DNA from: Thermoplasmata archaeon
Lineage (GTDB): Archaea; Thermoplasmatota; Thermoplasmata; GCA-020350865
Reading direction: 5' to 3'
Assembly: GCA_020348445.1 (NCBI GenBank)
Contig: CP070751.1
Location: forward strand, 4,392,901 to 4,456,900
DNA: 64,000 bases
Shown here piece after piece: positions 31,744 through 42,696 of this stretch. The notes below the pieces were generated by a model. That model saw only the letters and a program-made list of their open reading frames with translations. It did no database searches and was not told the DNA's origin. A program made the translations under genes and the position numbers. The stretch's first letter is position 1; each line of letters opens with the position of its first letter.

Positions 31744-34203
31744 GTGAGAGTATTGGCTGATGAAATCGAAGCAGAGGAAGAGGAGCAAAAACGGGTGATA
31801 TTCCGCTCAATCGAGGACGAGATGAAGACCTCTTACATCGATTATGCAATGAGTGTCATAGTGGGAAGGGCTCTTCCAGATGTCAGAGACGGTCTAAAAC
31901 CCGTTCACAGGCGGATTCTCTATGCCATGCAGGAATCTGGTATGACCCCAACAAAGCCCTACAAAAAGTCCGCCAGAATCGTTGGTGAGGTCCTTGGTAA
32001 ATACCATCCCCACGGGGACATGGCTGTTTACGACTCCATGGTTAGGATGGCCCAGGATTTTTCTTTAAGATACATGCTTATCGACGGCCAGGGTAACTTC
32101 GGTTCAGTTGACGGTGATTCGGCAGCAGCCATGAGATACACCGAATCGCGGCTCAACAAAACAGCCCAAGAGATGCTCGAGGACATCGATAAAAATACAG
32201 TGGATTTCATCCCAAACTACGACGGCTCGTTAAAAGAGCCCGTTGTTCTCCCCTCTAAACTGCCGAACATGCTCATAAACGGCTCATCAGGTATTGCCGT
32301 GGGCATGGCCACCAATATGCCCCCTCATAATCTCGGCGAGGTCGTGGATGGAATCATCCAAATGATCGACGAGCCTGAATCCGACGTAAACGAGATAATG
32401 AAGTTCATAAAGGCCCCAGATTTCCCAACAGGGGGAATAATATGCGGAATAAACGGCGTTCTGAGTGCATATACCCTGGGCAGGGGATTGATTCGCGTTA
32501 GGGCAAAGACAAAAATCGAACAGGGCAAAAAAGACAAGGACCGTATTATAGTCACAGAGATTCCTTATCAGGTAAATAAGTCCAATCTCCTTGAGGCAAT
32601 AGCCAATCTCGTGAAGGATAGAAAGGTCGACGGAATAACTGATTTAAGGGACGAATCAGACAGAAAGGGAATGCGCATAGTAATTGAGCTGAGAAGGGAC
32701 GCCATACCCGATATAATTCTGAAACAGCTCTACAAGCACACCCAGATGCAGACCACGTTCGGAATAATAAATCTCGCCCTGGTGGACAACCAACCAAAGG
32801 TTCTCAGCCTCCCCGATATAATCCATCACTTCATCTCCCACAGAAGGGAGATGGTGAGAAGAAGAACCGAGTTCGAGCTGGACAAGGCCGAAAGGCGGGC
32901 CCACATCCTTGAGGGCCTGATGGTTGCCCTGGACAACATAGACGAGGTCATCAACATAATAAGGAAATCAAAATCCCTTGATAATGCAAGAGATTCCTTG
33001 AAGGCCAAGTTCCTCATAACAGACGAGCAAACAAAGGCGATTTTGGAGATGAGGTTACAAAAGCTCACAGGCCTTGAAAGACAGAATGTAAAGGACGAGC
33101 ACGAGAGTATCAAGAAAAGTATTACCCAGTATCGGAAAATCCTTGAAAGCGACACTGAGATATATGAAATAATAAAGAGCGAGCTTAGGGAAATCAAGGA
33201 GAAATATGGTGATTCCAGACGATCCGAGATCGACTACGAGGCAGCTGACGACTATGACATAGAGGAGCTCATACCAGATGAGGAGGTCGTGGTGACCATC
33301 ACAAATACTGGATACATAAAAAGGCTGCCACTTGACACCTACAGAATTCAAAAAAGAGGTGGGATCGGACTCATGGGCATGGGGACAAAGGAGGAGGACT
33401 ATGTAGTTGACCTATTTGTCACCTCAACCCACAATTACATACTATTTTTCAGCAACAAGGGCAAGGTTTACTGGCTTAAGACCTACAAGATCCCGTCTGG
33501 TGGGCGGCATGCAAAAGGCAAGGCAATAATCAATCTGCTCCCCAGGCTTGATCGGGGCGAGATCATCAACGCCGCCATTTCTGTAGAGGAATTCACCTCG
33601 GCCCAGTACCTCACATTTGTCACCAAGAAGGGAAGAATTAAAAAGACAGTTCTAAGCGCCTACAAGAGGCCCATGATAACAGGAATAAAGGCTGTAACCC
33701 TCCGCGAGAGCGATGAGCTTGTAGAGACAAAGCTCACAAACGGCCAAAAAGAGATCATCATAGCCACTAAAAATGGCCAGGCTGTCAGGTTCCAGGAGGG
33801 TGATGTAAGGCCCATGGGCAGGGTGGCAAGCGGTGTTATTGGAGTAAGGCTCAAAGGTGACGATGAGGTTGTGGGCATGAGCGTTGTAGAGGAGGACTCC
33901 ATACTTCTCACCATCACAGAAAACGGCTATGGAAAGCGCTCTCCTGTTTCCTCTTACAGAAAGACCAAGAGGGGGGCATCAGGAGTTATTACAATCAAGA
34001 CCACGGAGAGAAACGGCAAGGTCGTTTGTACAAAAGAAGTCTCAGCCGACGACGAATTGATAGTTACAAGTCAGAATGGAATGATAATAAGAATCCCTGT
34101 CAGAGGAATCAGCGTCCAGGGCAGGGCCACCATGGGAGTTCGGGTCATGAAAATGAAGGAAGGGGATAGGGTCGTGAGTGTGGCTAGGCTGGTCCAGGAG
34201 TGA
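31744..34203 (+). CDS. gyrA: DNA gyrase subunit A
   Basis: [19 protein letters not shown], catalytic AAMRYTE, GyrA-box-like QKRGGIG, C-terminal beta-pinwheel repeats. Confidence 0.97.
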   Translation: MRVLADEIEAEEEEQKRVIFRSIEDEMKTSYIDYAMSVIVGRALPDVRDGLKPVHRRILYAMQESGMTPTKPYKKSARIVGEVLGKYHPHGDMAVYDSMVRMAQDFSLRYMLIDGQGNFGSVDGDSAAAMRYTESRLNKTAQEMLEDIDKNTVDFIPNYDGSLKEPVVLPSKLPNMLINGSSGIAVGMATNMPPHNLGEVVDGIIQMIDEPESDVNEIMKFIKAPDFPTGGIICGINGVLSAYTLGRGLIRVRAKTKIEQGKKDKDRIIVTEIPYQVNKSNLLEAIANLVKDRKVDGITDLRDESDRKGMRIVIELRRDAIPDIILKQLYKHTQMQTTFGIINLALVDNQPKVLSLPDIIHHFISHRREMVRRRTEFELDKAERRAHILEGLMVALDNIDEVINIIRKSKSLDNARDSLKAKFLITDEQTKAILEMRLQKLTGLERQNVKDEHESIKKSITQYRKILESDTEIYEIIKSELREIKEKYGDSRRSEIDYEAADDYDIEELIPDEEVVVTITNTGYIKRLPLDTYRIQKRGGIGLMGMGTKEEDYVVDLFVTSTHNYILFFSNKGKVYWLKTYKIPSGGRHAKGKAIINLLPRLDRGEIINAAISVEEFTSAQYLTFVTKKGRIKKTVLSAYKRPMITGIKAVTLRESDELVETKLTNGQKEIIIATKNGQAVRFQEGDVRPMGRVASGVIGVRLKGDDEVVGMSVVEEDSILLTITENGYGKRSPVSSYRKTKRGASGVITIKTTERNGKVVCTKEVSADDELIVTSQNGMIIRIPVRGISVQGRATMGVRVMKMKEGDRVVSVARLVQE

Positions 34204-34471
34204 AAAAATATCCCAGGACCCCCCTACAACCACTGAGGATCGTGTATTCATTTGAGGGCATACCTCGGTATTCAAGGTGTTGGAGGTGTGTAGGGGGGGA
34301 GTTATCATCAAATCCTTATAAGATAGCACTTTTGTTGTCATTATCTTAAAAGATACGCACCATCTGGCCGCGTTTTTCCTTGCTATGGTCCCATTATGCG
34401 CCAACTTCGTTTCTCATAAATTCGACAATTATAAATATGTCCTTTATGATTCAACAAATGGAGGGAATTTC

Positions 34472-35296
34472 GTGCGAAACACATCCAGAAATGGCACATT
34501 TTTGGTATGTTCGATATTCATGACTATTTTGGTTTTGTTGAACTTTTTTTGCCCCACATCTGGTGATCCTCAACCATCCTATGCAAACAACATCTTATAT
34601 CTTCATTATGACGATGATCAAGATGGCGATAATAGATCCTGGATGAATGCAAGTGCCGATATGATAAGTGGTGGATATAGTGGAAGTGCGGGAATTGGTT
34701 CCTTTACATTGGACTTTCCAATGAAGCCGTCATTGGACAGAATATTACTCCCTGATCCTGATGTGCAATATAATGTGGTGGTAACACTGCATTTAGATGC
34801 TGACGCGACCAACCCATTAAATCCGATATCACCGTTGCGGAATGTTTGTATAGAATTGAATATAGGCAATAGTCAAACCCGTGCCGAGGCCCCAGACAAT
34901 GTAGACCCAGGCTATATCACTTTCAATCTCCATATAGGAATGAATAGGATTGAAAACGGAACATCAATTCTTCTTACAGTCCATTTTGAAGTGATTGAGG
35001 GCAGTTATAACTTGCATGCCGATGGATCAAGTTTAATTACCTTTTCATTGTTGGAGGATACTGATTTTGATGGAGACCCTGATTCCACTGATTTAGATGA
35101 CGATAATGATGGTTTTACAGATGAGAAAGAAATTGCGGCGGGGACAGATCCAAAGGACCCGAATTCTAAACCGTCCTCGGATGGGGATGACGGAAATGGA
35201 GGTGGATTTGTGTCTCAGTCATGGCCATGGATATTAGGTATTACTGTTTTGATTATCATAGTCCTTGTTGTAGTTTTTGTGTATAAAAAGAGATAA
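34472..35296 (+). CDS. Exported membrane-anchored protein with thrombospondin type-3-like Ca-binding repeats
   Basis: GTG 34472 behind SD GGAGGG; hydrophobic N-terminus; DTDFDGDPDSTDLDDDNDGFTDEKE..GTDPKD; C-terminal TM + KKR. Confidence 0.75.
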   Translation: MRNTSRNGTFLVCSIFMTILVLLNFFCPTSGDPQPSYANNILYLHYDDDQDGDNRSWMNASADMISGGYSGSAGIGSFTLDFPMKPSLDRILLPDPDVQYNVVVTLHLDADATNPLNPISPLRNVCIELNIGNSQTRAEAPDNVDPGYITFNLHIGMNRIENGTSILLTVHFEVIEGSYNLHADGSSLITFSLLEDTDFDGDPDSTDLDDDNDGFTDEKEIAAGTDPKDPNSKPSSDGDDGNGGGFVSQSWPWILGITVLIIIVLVVVFVYKKR

Positions 35297-35299
35297 AAA

Positions 35300-35440
35300 G
35301 GGGCCGCCCAGCCCTGAGGATTAAGAAATAATTGTATTATAATTACAACCGAGGGGCGTAGTGGCTCAAAGTATTAATTTAATTATCAATTTGAATTGAA
35401 CCACGGCGGCCCCACGTATCAATTTAATATAAAATTAGAG
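35300..35440. repeat. Hairpin element built from copies of the tRNA-Pro 3' end
   Basis: ggggccgcccag (35300-35311) equals the tRNA 3' end on this strand and pairs with ggcggcccc (35405-35413); a 26-nt spacer leads to the tRNA. Confidence 0.85.
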
Positions 35441-35515
35441 TGGGGCCGCCCAGATTTGAACTGGAGTACCAGGCTCCCAAAGCCCGAAGGATTGACCAAG
35501 CTACCCCACGGCCCC
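35441..35515 (-). tRNA. tRNA-Pro(TGG)
   Basis: GGGGCCG...CGGGC TT TGG GA GCCTG...TCCAG TTCAAAT CTGGG CGGCCCC A. Confidence 0.95.
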
Positions 35516-35623
35516 AAATGGCATGAGGTGATGTGGGCGAGAATATAGTATCACTCCCTAAAAACTTTACCATGTTTTTTTAAGGGTTTGATAAATAAAA
35601 GAATATAAGTTACCTAGAGCAAT

Positions 35624-36376
35624 ATGGGTTGGATGACCCCTTTCTTTGATGACATTGCAGATATATACGACGAGACGCGTGGCCTCCCAAATGAAACAAT
35701 GAATCATGTTGTTAAAGTCCTTGTAGATCAACTCCAAGATCATAATCCAGTTCTTGAGATAGGGGTTGGAACAGGTAGGCTTGCTAAGCCGCTGCAAAAG
35801 GAGGGAATTGAGGTTTTGGGGATCGACATTTCAGAGATCATGCTGAAAAAGGCTCTGGAAAAAGACCTTGCTAACCTGATACTCGGTGATTGCTGTGCGC
35901 TACCCTTTAAAGGTTCATCCATTGACTCCATAATCAGCGTGCACGTACTTCACCTTCTTGAAGATTACAATATTGCTTTATCCGAGATTGCCAAGGTGGG
36001 AAAAAGAAACTTGATATCCATCCTCTATAAAAAAACGGGATTCAGTGTTCGGGAGGAATTCAGGGAGGCTGTGTCCTCTTGTGGATACAATTTAAAAATG
36101 CCTGGCTTCGGTGAACAGGGCCTAAAAGATATGGTTCCTCCAAAATCGATTGTCCCCATCGAATCCTTTAAAGATAATTTTCTGATAAAAGAGAGAATAA
36201 AGTTCTTGGAAGACAGAAAACATTCCTACACTGAGAAAATTCCTGAGGAAATTCACAAGTCAGCTATTGATTATCTCCTAGAAAAGCATGAAAATGATCT
36301 AGATTCATATCCTGTAAGTGAAATTGAAGTTGTGGTTTGGGATATCGCAGATTTGAAAGGATTCACTGCTTTGTGA
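35624..36376 (+). CDS. Class I SAM-dependent methyltransferase
   Basis: VLEIGVGTGR, GIDIS, GDCCALPF. Confidence 0.9.
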   Translation: MGWMTPFFDDIADIYDETRGLPNETMNHVVKVLVDQLQDHNPVLEIGVGTGRLAKPLQKEGIEVLGIDISEIMLKKALEKDLANLILGDCCALPFKGSSIDSIISVHVLHLLEDYNIALSEIAKVGKRNLISILYKKTGFSVREEFREAVSSCGYNLKMPGFGEQGLKDMVPPKSIVPIESFKDNFLIKERIKFLEDRKHSYTEKIPEEIHKSAIDYLLEKHENDLDSYPVSEIEVVVWDIADLKGFTAL

Positions 36377-36440
36377 TTTAACATTCACCAATAAAATATT
36401 ATTCTGATAGTGTATTCTCATAAGATAATCAGGGGTAGAT

Positions 36441-38270
36441 ATGTTCGAGGTCCTAAAAAGAAATGGCCTGGCAAGAACCGGAAAATGGCTCATTGAAGAG
36501 CAGGATAAGGAAGTGGGAACACCAAATATTCTGTTTTTGAATACTGACAGGATCAAAGCACCGCAGGAGGCTGAGGTTTTAATTGTTGATTCCGAAATCC
36601 CAACTGATTGGCCCTACATCAAATCCGGCCACAGCCTCTTTTCAATATCTGATGATAATATTGATGATTACACTGTCTCACCATATCTTGTTTACCCTCC
36701 CAGCCAAAAAGAGATAAATGATTATGCTGCCAAACTAAATAAGGATAACATAACAAGCAAGGTATTTGTTGTAGCTGGAAAAGATGAATCCATCGCAGAT
36801 TCAGTATCAGATGTGGATGCCGAGGTTTTTGTTCTTCCAAATGCGCCTCATTTGATTACAAGGCCAAGGTCATTTGTTAATACCCTAGTGAACCTGCGAG
36901 AGTCAATCGGATACCAGAGAATGATTTACACTCCGGGATTGGGAACTCCTTCCCATATTGCTCTTTTATTGTACTGTGGTGTAGACCTTATTGATTCCAT
37001 CCCCCTTGTATTGAATGCGAGACTTGGTTACTTTCTTTTCACTCATACCAAACTTCAAAAAGAAGACATAACCGAAGATATCTGCTTTTGCCCTGCTTGC
37101 CGTGAAGGTAAAAAGGATTACGAATCTATTCTGGCCCATAATTATTATGCAGCCCTTTCAGAGCTTAAAACAGTAAGAAATACGATTCATCTGGGTCAAC
37201 TCAGGGAACTTGTTGAGGCACGAGTTCGAGCCGAGCCCTGGATGGTTTCAGTTCTTCGAATCCTAGACAGGGAAAATTACCCATTTTTGGAAAGGAATAT
37301 CCCAGTTTCCGGAGGATCCATAATTGCCACAACCAACGACTCACTCCAAAGGCCAGTAATTATCCGCTTCAGAAACAGAGTCAGGGATAGATACAAAAAA
37401 CCCCAGTCAAAGAAAGTCCTGCTTCTTCTTCCTTGCTCTGCTAAGAAGCCTTATTCGTTTTCGAAAACCCACAGGATCATAAGATCTGCATTTAAAGAAC
37501 TTACAAATAGACATGTGATTCATGACGTTGTGATAACCTCACCTCTGGGTGTCGTGCCAATGGAGGTGGAGCTGTTCTATCCGGCGCAGAACTATGATAT
37601 TCCAGTAACAAGGACCTGGAGCAAGGACGAAATATCCATGATTCAGGAGGGAATTTCCGAGTTTCTGAAAAAGAATCGATACGACGGTATTGTTGTTTAT
37701 TTACCTGAGGATTACAAGTTTGTAGGCGAAGTCCTTGATGACCACACAAATACCTGTATCGATACTACCACATCTTCTGCTTCCCTTGAAAAACTCAAGG
37801 AAGTATTGAATGACCTTGTGCTGCCCTATGATAAGATAGGTGCAAAGAAAGCCATGAGAGAAAGCATGGATTGTTTTGCACGGTTTCAATTCGGGATTGC
37901 AGGAGAGAAACTTGTTAAAGATGCAGAGATAAAGGGGCGCTACCCAAACCTGAGAATAATAAGAGATGGAGTACAAATTGGAATGCTTGTGGGTGATAGG
38001 GGAATGATATCGTTAACGTTAGAAGGTGGTAAGATATTGGCCGAGGAAAATTCTTATCGAGTAAAGATTCACGATTTTCAACCCAAGGGAAGCATTTTTG
38101 CAGTTGGAGTAAAAGATTCCGATGATGAAATTAGAATAGGTGACGATGTTGTGGTTCTCAGGGATAACGAGCTAGTTGGGGTGGGTGTTGCCCAAATGAA
38201 TCCTGATGAGATGATAGAAAGCGAAAGGGGCGAGGCAGTGAGAATTAGGCATCTTGTAAAATCGAAATGA
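36441..38270 (+). CDS. arcS: Archaeosine synthase ArcS (TgtA2) with a C-terminal PUA domain
   Basis: Degenerate TGT-like N-terminus (ARTGK, LRELVE.R.R..P), LLPCSAKKPYSFSKTH, PLGVVPMEVE..YPAQNYDIPVT, PUA tail. Confidence 0.9.
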   Translation: MFEVLKRNGLARTGKWLIEEQDKEVGTPNILFLNTDRIKAPQEAEVLIVDSEIPTDWPYIKSGHSLFSISDDNIDDYTVSPYLVYPPSQKEINDYAAKLNKDNITSKVFVVAGKDESIADSVSDVDAEVFVLPNAPHLITRPRSFVNTLVNLRESIGYQRMIYTPGLGTPSHIALLLYCGVDLIDSIPLVLNARLGYFLFTHTKLQKEDITEDICFCPACREGKKDYESILAHNYYAALSELKTVRNTIHLGQLRELVEARVRAEPWMVSVLRILDRENYPFLERNIPVSGGSIIATTNDSLQRPVIIRFRNRVRDRYKKPQSKKVLLLLPCSAKKPYSFSKTHRIIRSAFKELTNRHVIHDVVITSPLGVVPMEVELFYPAQNYDIPVTRTWSKDEISMIQEGISEFLKKNRYDGIVVYLPEDYKFVGEVLDDHTNTCIDTTTSSASLEKLKEVLNDLVLPYDKIGAKKAMRESMDCFARFQFGIAGEKLVKDAEIKGRYPNLRIIRDGVQIGMLVGDRGMISLTLEGGKILAEENSYRVKIHDFQPKGSIFAVGVKDSDDEIRIGDDVVVLRDNELVGVGVAQMNPDEMIESERGEAVRIRHLVKSK

Positions 38271-39136
38271 GGCAAAACATGATCATGATAAGAACTATGA
38301 AGGATACCGAGATAGAGGCTATACTTTCTCTTCGCAGAAAATTATTTGGAGATTTTTTTGAGAATAGGTTCAGAAATTACATTAAGAAAAATCCAGGCTC
38401 CATTTTGGTAGCTGATTCAGATAACAAGGAGAACAAGATTCTGGGATATGCCTTTGCCTATCCATGGCGCTCTTCGGAGGGAGTGGTGCATCATCTATAT
38501 TCTTCAGATGATCATCAAAACGAGATTGAATGCGAACTTTTAAATCGATTGGAGCAAAACTTTTTAAAAAAAGAGCTTAGAGGTATGAGGATCATGGTAC
38601 GAGAGGATCAAAGGAGCCTCATTAGAAACTTAAATGCTTTGGATTTTAAATTGGAGACAGAGCTTGTGACCTTTGAAAATGATGACTTGACAGCCATGGA
38701 TATATTGGATCTAGGCAACAAAAAAGTCGAACTAAAAGATTTTGAAAATCAGTTCATTGACGATATCATCGAAGTCGAAACCAAATGCTTCAAACCATCC
38801 TGGCATCAGAGCAAAGAGGACTTCCTTTCCTTTGGAAAAAGACAAAATGTTTGGTTCAAAGTGGCTTTTGTGCAAGATGACATGGTGGGTTACCTTCAGA
38901 TCATGGCATCTGGTGGTTTGGGACATCTAGGCAGGGTGGCTGTTCTGCCTGAATATCAAAGAAACGGAATTGGTACGAGAATCGTTTCAGAGGCTATGAA
39001 GTGGTTCAATTTAAAAGAAGTAAAGAAAATCAAACTGAGGAGCCCCCTGGACAATTCTCCAGCGCATAGTTTATATAGGAAGTTCGGATTCAGGGAAATC
39101 GGAAAAGAATTTGATTTTTACAAGAAGTTGGAATGA
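38267..39136 (+). CDS. Tandem (double) GNAT-family acetyltransferase
   Basis: Two GNAT units; the second has RVAVLPEYQRNGIG and AHSLYRKFGF; ATGA overlap with arcS. Confidence 0.88.
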   Translation: MRQNMIMIRTMKDTEIEAILSLRRKLFGDFFENRFRNYIKKNPGSILVADSDNKENKILGYAFAYPWRSSEGVVHHLYSSDDHQNEIECELLNRLEQNFLKKELRGMRIMVREDQRSLIRNLNALDFKLETELVTFENDDLTAMDILDLGNKKVELKDFENQFIDDIIEVETKCFKPSWHQSKEDFLSFGKRQNVWFKVAFVQDDMVGYLQIMASGGLGHLGRVAVLPEYQRNGIGTRIVSEAMKWFNLKEVKKIKLRSPLDNSPAHSLYRKFGFREIGKEFDFYKKLE

Positions 39137-41079
39137 TCATGAAAAAGCCCATTTTTGCGGTGTTCATAATATGTACTTTACTTGCATGTCCTATCCAAGG
39201 AGGGGATGAAATTGTTCTGGATAATGAAGAAGAGGGGCCTATAACACCTCTTGATTACTATGAAGATTACATCGAGATAATAGGTGATGGACATATGCAT
39301 TCTAGTCACAAGGGTGGCGCAAGTAATGTTCACGAGATGGCCCAAAAGGCCCAAGAAAGAGGTTTGGACTGGATCTTCATCACCGATTACAATACAATCG
39401 CTGCAAAGCAGGATTGCTTAGATGAAACCAATTATACCTTCATCTGCGGTTTAGGTGAAGAAGTAATGGTTTTGGAGAACGGTAACTATACCAACGAAAT
39501 AATTGCCTGGGGTATTGATTTAGTGATCCATGGACAGGTGGACAATAATTATACAGTCGGTGATGTAATAGACAGAATTCATGAACAAGGAGGACTTGCG
39601 TACATTCCCCATCCACTGGCACCTGACGATGACGACAATTACGATTACTTTGGAGTCTATGATGACTTCGACGCCATGAGTATCTATCATGGGTATGCAG
39701 GATTCAATGATGATCCATTTATCCCTCAATTGAGAATGGATGGAAACGCCCTTAGAAAATGGGACGAGTATTTGACCAATGGTTATCGAAAAACCGCATT
39801 GGGGGAAAGCGATTGCAAGAACGCAGATAACACCCCAGATTACGGCAGTGTGGATTACAGGAGAGGAGCCGTGGGTTATCCTCGTAACTATATTTACGCC
39901 AGGGAATTTAGTGTTCGCGGTATCGTAGAGGCCGTCAGACATGGCCGAATATATATTTCAGATGGTCCAACAATGAACTTCACAATAGATGGTAAGATCA
40001 TGGGAGATACCATATACTCGAGTGCCCAAAAGACCTTAAATATCAGTGTTACAGGTAATGCAATTGAGGCATCTGATGTCAGGATCATCAGCAATGGTGG
40101 GGGAGTAATTTATTCTGAGCTGGTCTCTTCTGGTCCCTTTTCGATTTCATACAGCTATTTGGCAAACACAGACTCCTATTTTCGTGCTGAAATAAGAACA
40201 AATAATAGTGAAACATTCCCTAATCCATTCAAAGGAGAAACCAATATCTCCTTCTCAAATCCAATATTTTTTGATCTGAGTCCATATGAGGAGAATCCCA
40301 ATTCGCCCTCGAACTTAAAAGCCTGGATAAACGGAATCGATGTTGTACTTAATTGGACAGCTTCTGTCTCCCCAGATGTAGTGCATTACAATATTTACAG
40401 AAGTACGACTGAAAATGGATTCGACTTCACATATCCCTATGCTCTAACCTCAAAAACTTCTTGGGTAGATAAAGGTGCAGGTGACGGAGACTCCAATAAC
40501 TATTACTATATTGTCAGGGCTGTCGACAAACAACTTTACAACGATACCAATCTGATTACTGCTGGAAAATATGTCAATTTTTTAAATCAGGGTTGGAACA
40601 TGGTGTCCACTCCGCTTATCCTGACAAAAACTGACGTGAAAAACGTTCTTCAAACTGTGAATGATACCCTCGTAAATGCCCTCACCTATGATTCCTCTGA
40701 TAAAACCGATCCCTGGAAGAGCACAGGTTCAGGTGATTTTATTCAAATTAACAACACCATGGGTTTCTGGTTGTATGTAATTACCTCGGATTACCTGATC
40801 ACAGCCGGTATCATCCCCTCTGTTACAATCATTCAATTGTACCCAGGATGGAATTTCGTGGGTTACCCCTCATACATGAACCGCTCACTGGAAATAGCAT
40901 TAAGCGGTATGAATTGGGAAAGCGTGCAGTTCTTTGACTTAAAAGATATAAAGGGAGATTGCTGGAAGCACAACTCCACTTCAAAACCTGCTCACTTAAA
41001 TGATCTTGATTTGATGACAACTGGAAATGGTTATTGGATATACACCAGCCAAGGTGGCACCTGGACCGTTTTTTCCTAG
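39133..41079 (+). CDS. Exported PHP/CehA-McbA-like metallohydrolase-fold protein with Ig/FN3-like domains
   Basis: Signal peptide; GDGHMHSS, AYIPHP; FN3-like PSNLKA...LNWT..S..V.HYNIYRST; ATGA overlap with the GNAT gene. Confidence 0.75.
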   Translation: MIMKKPIFAVFIICTLLACPIQGGDEIVLDNEEEGPITPLDYYEDYIEIIGDGHMHSSHKGGASNVHEMAQKAQERGLDWIFITDYNTIAAKQDCLDETNYTFICGLGEEVMVLENGNYTNEIIAWGIDLVIHGQVDNNYTVGDVIDRIHEQGGLAYIPHPLAPDDDDNYDYFGVYDDFDAMSIYHGYAGFNDDPFIPQLRMDGNALRKWDEYLTNGYRKTALGESDCKNADNTPDYGSVDYRRGAVGYPRNYIYAREFSVRGIVEAVRHGRIYISDGPTMNFTIDGKIMGDTIYSSAQKTLNISVTGNAIEASDVRIISNGGGVIYSELVSSGPFSISYSYLANTDSYFRAEIRTNNSETFPNPFKGETNISFSNPIFFDLSPYEENPNSPSNLKAWINGIDVVLNWTASVSPDVVHYNIYRSTTENGFDFTYPYALTSKTSWVDKGAGDGDSNNYYYIVRAVDKQLYNDTNLITAGKYVNFLNQGWNMVSTPLILTKTDVKNVLQTVNDTLVNALTYDSSDKTDPWKSTGSGDFIQINNTMGFWLYVITSDYLITAGIIPSVTIIQLYPGWNFVGYPSYMNRSLEIALSGMNWESVQFFDLKDIKGDCWKHNSTSKPAHLNDLDLMTTGNGYWIYTSQGGTWTVFS

Positions 41080-41162
41080 CTAAGAATGGTCTAATCCTCC
41101 CTTTTCACCGAAATTTCTATTAAACCCTATCTCCATGAACCCGCTCCCAAAAAGGTGAAAGA

Positions 41163-42317
41163 ATGTTTGCAGACAGGATGCAGAGAATCGGTCCCTCAGG
41201 GACATTGGTTACGAAAAATTTGGTTGAGAAACTAAAGGCCGAAGGAGTCAATGTTATATCATTTGCCCTCGGCGAGCCAGATTTTACTACTCCAAAGCAC
41301 ATTGTTGAAGCCGCGAATTCTGCCTTAGAAGAGGGATTCACCCATTACACTTCTTCCTATGGGATACCCGAACTTCGCGAGGCAATTGCCGAAAAGAGCA
41401 GAACCGAGAACAAGATACCCTGCAAGACAGAGAATGTTATAGTAACACCCACCAAGTTCGGAATATTTTCATCACTTTTATCATTGGCACAAAAGGGAGA
41501 TGAGGTGATTCTGTCGGATCCTGGATTTGTTTCATATTTTCAGATCATCAATTTTACAGAGGCAAAGATCATTGGAGTGGAGCTCTCTGAGGAAGACGAT
41601 TTCAGATTGCTTTCCGAGAATGTCTCAGAGGCGATAACTCCCAAGACAAAGGTAATTATGCTGAACTCGCCCAACAATCCCACAGGAAGCGTTTCAACAA
41701 AGGAAGACTTAAAGGGCATAGCTGATCTTGCCCAGGATAACGATATTTACATAATCTCAGATGAGGTCTACGAGAAGATCATTTACGATGGCACGCATCA
41801 TTCCATTGCCTCTTTTGATGGCATGTTCGACAGGACTGTGACCCTAAACGGTTTCTCAAAATCCTATGCCATGACCGGATGGCGACTTGGATGGGCAATA
41901 GCAAATGAGGATATAATAAACGCCATCAATAGAATCCAGCAGCACTCATTAACATGCGCAGTTTCTTTTGCCCAGAAAGCAGGTGTTCGCGCATTAACTG
42001 GTTCCCAGGAACCTGTAAAGGAGATGGTGAAGGAGTTTAAGGCAAGACGGGATATATTAGTAGAGGGAATAAACGCGATTCCGAATTTGAGGTGCAGGGT
42101 GCCTCAAGGTGCGTTCTATGTCTTCGTGAAATTCGTTTATGACATGTCTTCAGTTGATTTTTCCAAATTCTTAATAAAGAAAGCCAATGTTGCCGTAACT
42201 CCCGGGTCTGCCTTTGGAATATGCGGTGAAGGTTATATCAGGTTGTCATATGCCACTTCCCGGAAGAATATCACCGAAGGCCTGAAGAGGATCAAAGAGA
42301 CCCTATCTGAGTTGTAG
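41163..42317 (+). CDS. PLP-dependent class I/II aminotransferase (aspartate aminotransferase-like)
   Basis: GEPDF, NSPNNPTG, SDEVY, NGFSKSYAMTGWRLG. Confidence 0.95.
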   Translation: MFADRMQRIGPSGTLVTKNLVEKLKAEGVNVISFALGEPDFTTPKHIVEAANSALEEGFTHYTSSYGIPELREAIAEKSRTENKIPCKTENVIVTPTKFGIFSSLLSLAQKGDEVILSDPGFVSYFQIINFTEAKIIGVELSEEDDFRLLSENVSEAITPKTKVIMLNSPNNPTGSVSTKEDLKGIADLAQDNDIYIISDEVYEKIIYDGTHHSIASFDGMFDRTVTLNGFSKSYAMTGWRLGWAIANEDIINAINRIQQHSLTCAVSFAQKAGVRALTGSQEPVKEMVKEFKARRDILVEGINAIPNLRCRVPQGAFYVFVKFVYDMSSVDFSKFLIKKANVAVTPGSAFGICGEGYIRLSYATSRKNITEGLKRIKETLSEL

Positions 42318-42401
42318 AAATAGTCCCTTCTTTTGATTTTAGTCCTCCATAAAAAATGTTAAGTACTCATACTAAATATCGTTTCTCACGGAGGAGTGAA
42401 C

Positions 42402-42605
42402 ATGGTGGTTTACAAGATAATAGACATTGTAGGAATTTCTGAAAAAAGTTTTGCAGATGCAGCAAAAAACGCTGTTGACGAGGCAGCAAAGACGGTAAGA
42501 GGTGTTAAAAGAGCAGAGGTAGTGAAATTCGATTTGAAGGTGGAAAATGATGCGGTAACCAAGTACAGGGCCGAGGTCAAGGTATCCTTCGAAATCGAGA
42601 AATAG
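42402..42605 (+). CDS. Dodecin (flavin-binding)
   Basis: VYKIIDIVGIS..SFADAAKNAV..A..TVRG...YRAEVKVSF; 67 aa from ATG 42402. Confidence 0.9.
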   Translation: MVVYKIIDIVGISEKSFADAAKNAVDEAAKTVRGVKRAEVVKFDLKVENDAVTKYRAEVKVSFEIEK

Positions 42606-42696
42606 AACTCTAACCAGCTCCTATCATAAAATAAATCAAGGGAGCTTGTAATCTTACCTTTGTCTTTTCCATATTCTTTATAATAAAAATAGATGA

